Positions 60,749-64,000 of a stretch of 64,000 nt of DNA are shown piece after piece. Location: positions 18,228,001 to 18,292,000 of the forward strand of contig OZ024754.1 in the NCBI GenBank assembly GCA_964016885.1, in the 5' to 3' direction. Position 1 is the first letter of the stretch. Every line of letters begins with the position of its first letter. Under the pieces are notes generated by a model. The model ran no database searches. It saw only the letters and a list, made by a program, of their open reading frames with translations, and was not told the origin of the DNA. The position numbers and the translations under genes were made by a program. The DNA is from Eledone cirrhosa (lineage: Eukaryota).

Positions 60749-62719
60749 TTATATATATATATTCCAGAGGTATATTATAATCAGTTGATACATCTATTAG
60801 ATCAGGTCAGGCTTCTGCCTGCTACAGGTACCATGTAACCCAGTACAGCCTGCTTCAGGGTTGAGTGGTCAACACTGGATTGGATTAGATGGAGGTCAAA
60901 CAGGGAGGGGTTCCTTCATCCAGGTGTGAGAAGGACCTGGACCGGATTGGACTAAACATCTATTTTTAGCTGATATTGATTTTATTGATATTAATCTGAG
61001 AAAATTATCCTAACCCTTCTGATGTCACCTGAAACCGGTTCTAATTCTACAATACAAAACATCAACATCATTGAATGTCCACTTTCCCTAGCTGTTTACT
61101 TAAAACTGTTTATATTTACCTGAAAGAAAAAGAAACCTTCCATCATAATTATATGCCTGAGTCTTTGTAAAGATATGTTCCATTAGAAATATGGTAATAA
61201 TGAAAGGGTTAATCTCCTAAGGTGTCAATCTGTCCAAATGTATAGTCACTTTTATAGTGTGTATGTGTATGTTGTGTGTGTATGTGCATGTGTGTGTTTG
61301 TGTTTGCATTATCTTAATGATGAAGGCAAATATTAACAAACAGTAACAGTGTAAAATAGTGAGCATCTCAACCCTTTTATTGTGATTATATCTAATGACA
61401 TCCACTGTATTTCAATTGATTAATTATGTCCAACGACATCCACTCTATTTGTATTGATTAATTCAGAATTTGGGAGGATTTACTAAAATAATTAAGATGG
61501 TATTTCTAACTTAACAAAAAGTTCTTGTATCAAATTATATTGGAAGATTTTAAAATATGAAAATTTGCTTCATAGAACCTGAAGCAAATTCTGGATGGGT
61601 TGATAGTATCAAAAGGGTTTATATATTAGCTGAAAACAAAATATCAACTTTATTCAGTCAACTTTGACCTTCAATTGTCCAGGTATAAAATAGTATCCAG
61701 ATATATACAGCAATCAATGTAATCAGCTCTATAGTATCCTACCTATTTATGGCCTGCTGCCAATCTAGGAAACAAGCAGCAGAAACTATAATGCCAGACT
61801 AACTGCTTAACACTATTTAGTTATGCCCTCTTACGTTTTCAAGTATTAATCCTGCCAATTGTTACAGCTCATACCTATACAAGTTTACTTGGCCTCATAC
61901 AAGGTTTCTCATAGGTTTCTCTGGTGTTTTAACCCTTTCGTGACCACCTGTAATGTGGCTGTGTAGGTAACACGGTAAAAACCTCCCAGTCCACACTGTA
62001 AACGTGGTTGGTGTTAGGAAGGGCATCCAGCCGTAGAAAACCTGCGAGACAGTCCTATACGAGTGAGACGACCAATCTTGCCTCAAGTGGGACAATTCCC
62101 GTCTAAACCCAAGGTGGAAGATAGACGTTAAACAATGATAATATTTAATGAAATACACTCTATTTCAATCATTTAATGAAGAATTTGGAGGGATTTGCTA
62201 AAATTATTTATTATTTCATTACTAAGATAACCTAGCATAGGGTTATATAAAGCTGTTAGAAAGTGTTTAATTAAATAGAATTGTTTAAAAATGGGAGGTT
62301 TTTTTTCAAAGAACAAGAGATGGTTTTGAACAGGCTGGTTCCAAAAGGGTTACTAATAGGGGCCTCAATACTATCAAAAATGGTTAATGGTAGGGGCCTC
62401 ACTACTATCAAAAGGGTTAATGGTGAGGGCCCTAGTCCTTTCATGCAAAACAATGAAAAATGAAGTGCCATGTTCAAAAACATAATGGGCTGAGTCCAAC
62501 GCCCAAACTACTAGGCCATAGTCAACTTTGACTTACATCCCCTCAAGGTCAATAGAATAAATAGCAGTAATATTTCACTCAATCATCTATGTTTTAGTAC
62601 TGTCTAGAATGACTTAGTATCACGTAACATGACTTAATATGTACCCTGCTTTCACTAATAGGTTTAGGTTCTTATGCTGACACAACAACAAAAAAAAAAA
62701 CTGCATAAAACTATCGGCA

Positions 62720-63000
62720 CTCTGTTGGTTACGAGTGTTATGATAAATGGAAGAGCCTGCCCGTGAAATTAACGTAAAAGTGGCTGAATATTCCACAGAC
62801 ACACGTACCCTTAACGTAGTTCTCAAGGAGATTCAGCATGACAAACAAGGTTAGTCCTTCTAATTCCAGGTACAACTCCTTTTTCCCAGCTGAGTCGACT
62901 GGAGCAATTTGAAATAAAGTATCTTGCTCAAGGACACAACGCACTGACTGGACTCAAACTCATGTCCTTGCGATTGTGAACCACAAAGCCACACATCTTC
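62720..63000. mobile_element. SINE (best-preserved copy of the 22335/29835 family)
   Basis: CACAGACACACGTACCCTTAACGTAGTTCTC...ACTGGAGCAA..AAATAAAGTATCTTGCTCAAGGACACAACGC...ACTCAAACTC (antisense B-box-like). Confidence 0.78.
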
Positions 63001-63739
63001 ACAGTTGACACAAGAGCAGAAATTTAAAAATAATGGTTTTTAACATAGATGACGTAAGGTCAGCAATTTTGGAAGAGAAAGTTGATTAAACTGAGCCCTG
63101 TATTTTACTGGTACTTAATTTTATCAATCTTGGAAGGATAATAAACAAAGTTGACCTTGGTGGGATTTGAACTCAGAACATAAAGAGCTGGAGCAAAATA
63201 CCAGTGTGATATTTTGTCCAATGTTCTAACAATTCTGCCAATGTGCTGTCTGTTGGTTTGGTTTGCTAATAAAAGCAATGAAAAGGAAAAACAAGAAGTA
63301 ACTATTATATTTATATTTCTTGAAATCCTATTTGAAACTGCTCACAGCTAGAAGTAAGAATATTAGAATATTTTCAGAACACTTTAACATAGAAATGCTT
63401 ATTAAGACACATATATTTAGATTTAATAAGATTGATACAGCTGACATAGTCATTGAAATATGTTAACCAATGAAAAAGGAGAGTGGTAATATATATGAAA
63501 TTAACAAAGCAATATATAGCATGCTTTAAATCTGAGATCTACTTAGTAAAGAACACACTAATAGAGATGTCAAGGACATACAAATGACAACCATGGCTAA
63601 CTTTAACAGCTTCTTAATATATGCGACAAGTTCTCAATACTGACCTAGAAAATTAAAATAGCAGTCAATTTAAGGTTGGGTCTTTTCCTGCACCAATTGT
63701 CACCATCTTAACACACACATATATATATATATATAATAA

Positions 63740-63930
63740 TAATTGTTTCTACTTTTGGCACAAGGCCAGCAATTACCCAGCACATTACTGGTACTTTATT
63801 TTATCGACCCCGTAAGGATGAAAGGCAAAGTTGACCTCGGCGGGATTTGAACACAGAATGGAAAGGGCAGTAACTCTATGCGTCAAAGCATGACGTCCAA
63901 CCCTCTACCGATACTGCCAATCTACCAATA
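63740..63930 (-). mobile_element. tRNA-head SINE (second family)
   Basis: GGCACAAGGCCAGCAATT..ACTGGTACTTTATTTTATCGACCCCGTAAGGATGAAAGGCAAAGTTGACCTCGGCGGGATTTGAAC; the minus strand has B-box GTTCAAATCC. Other copies at about 29145-29325, 35455-35730, 45957-46140 and 63030-63250. Confidence 0.78.
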
Positions 63931-64000
63931 TAGAATGATATATACTTTACTAGCTAGCTCTTCTGGCTGGCGCCCAGCTAGGTATACCAGCATTTTATCT

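Noticed and set aside
63840-63930. tRNA gene
   Set aside because: The B-box-like motif belongs to a SINE head; no cloverleaf is evident.

Overview
AT-rich, repeat-dense eukaryotic DNA. The SINE, RTE and microsatellite content points to a cephalopod (octopus-like), which is an inference. The only host gene is the 5' end of a plasma-membrane Ca2+-ATPase (PMCA/ATP2B) on the minus strand. Its three coding exons (40380-40218, 26319-26125, 18221-17976) splice in frame, and the gene continues past position 1. Everything else is intronic or upstream. A 37-bp satellite (about 8.8 kb) carries a CsRN1-like Ty3/Gypsy element and a piggyBac, and the piggyBac carries an RTE LINE. The window also holds a Tx1/L1-like LINE next to the first coding exon, several RTE copies, SINEs, TTAA-flanked MITEs, a hAT MITE and many minisatellites. 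Four things stand out. Most tandem arrays, including the large satellite, appear to be amplified pieces of dispersed elements found in this same window. The piggyBac has no TTAA flanks. Two non-LTR insertions have 5' inversions. A 120-bp palindrome is built from two opposed hammerhead-ribozyme-like motifs. No CRISPR, rRNA, tRNA or prokaryotic system was found, and no wholly new protein-coding system is supported. All alignments were done by eye.
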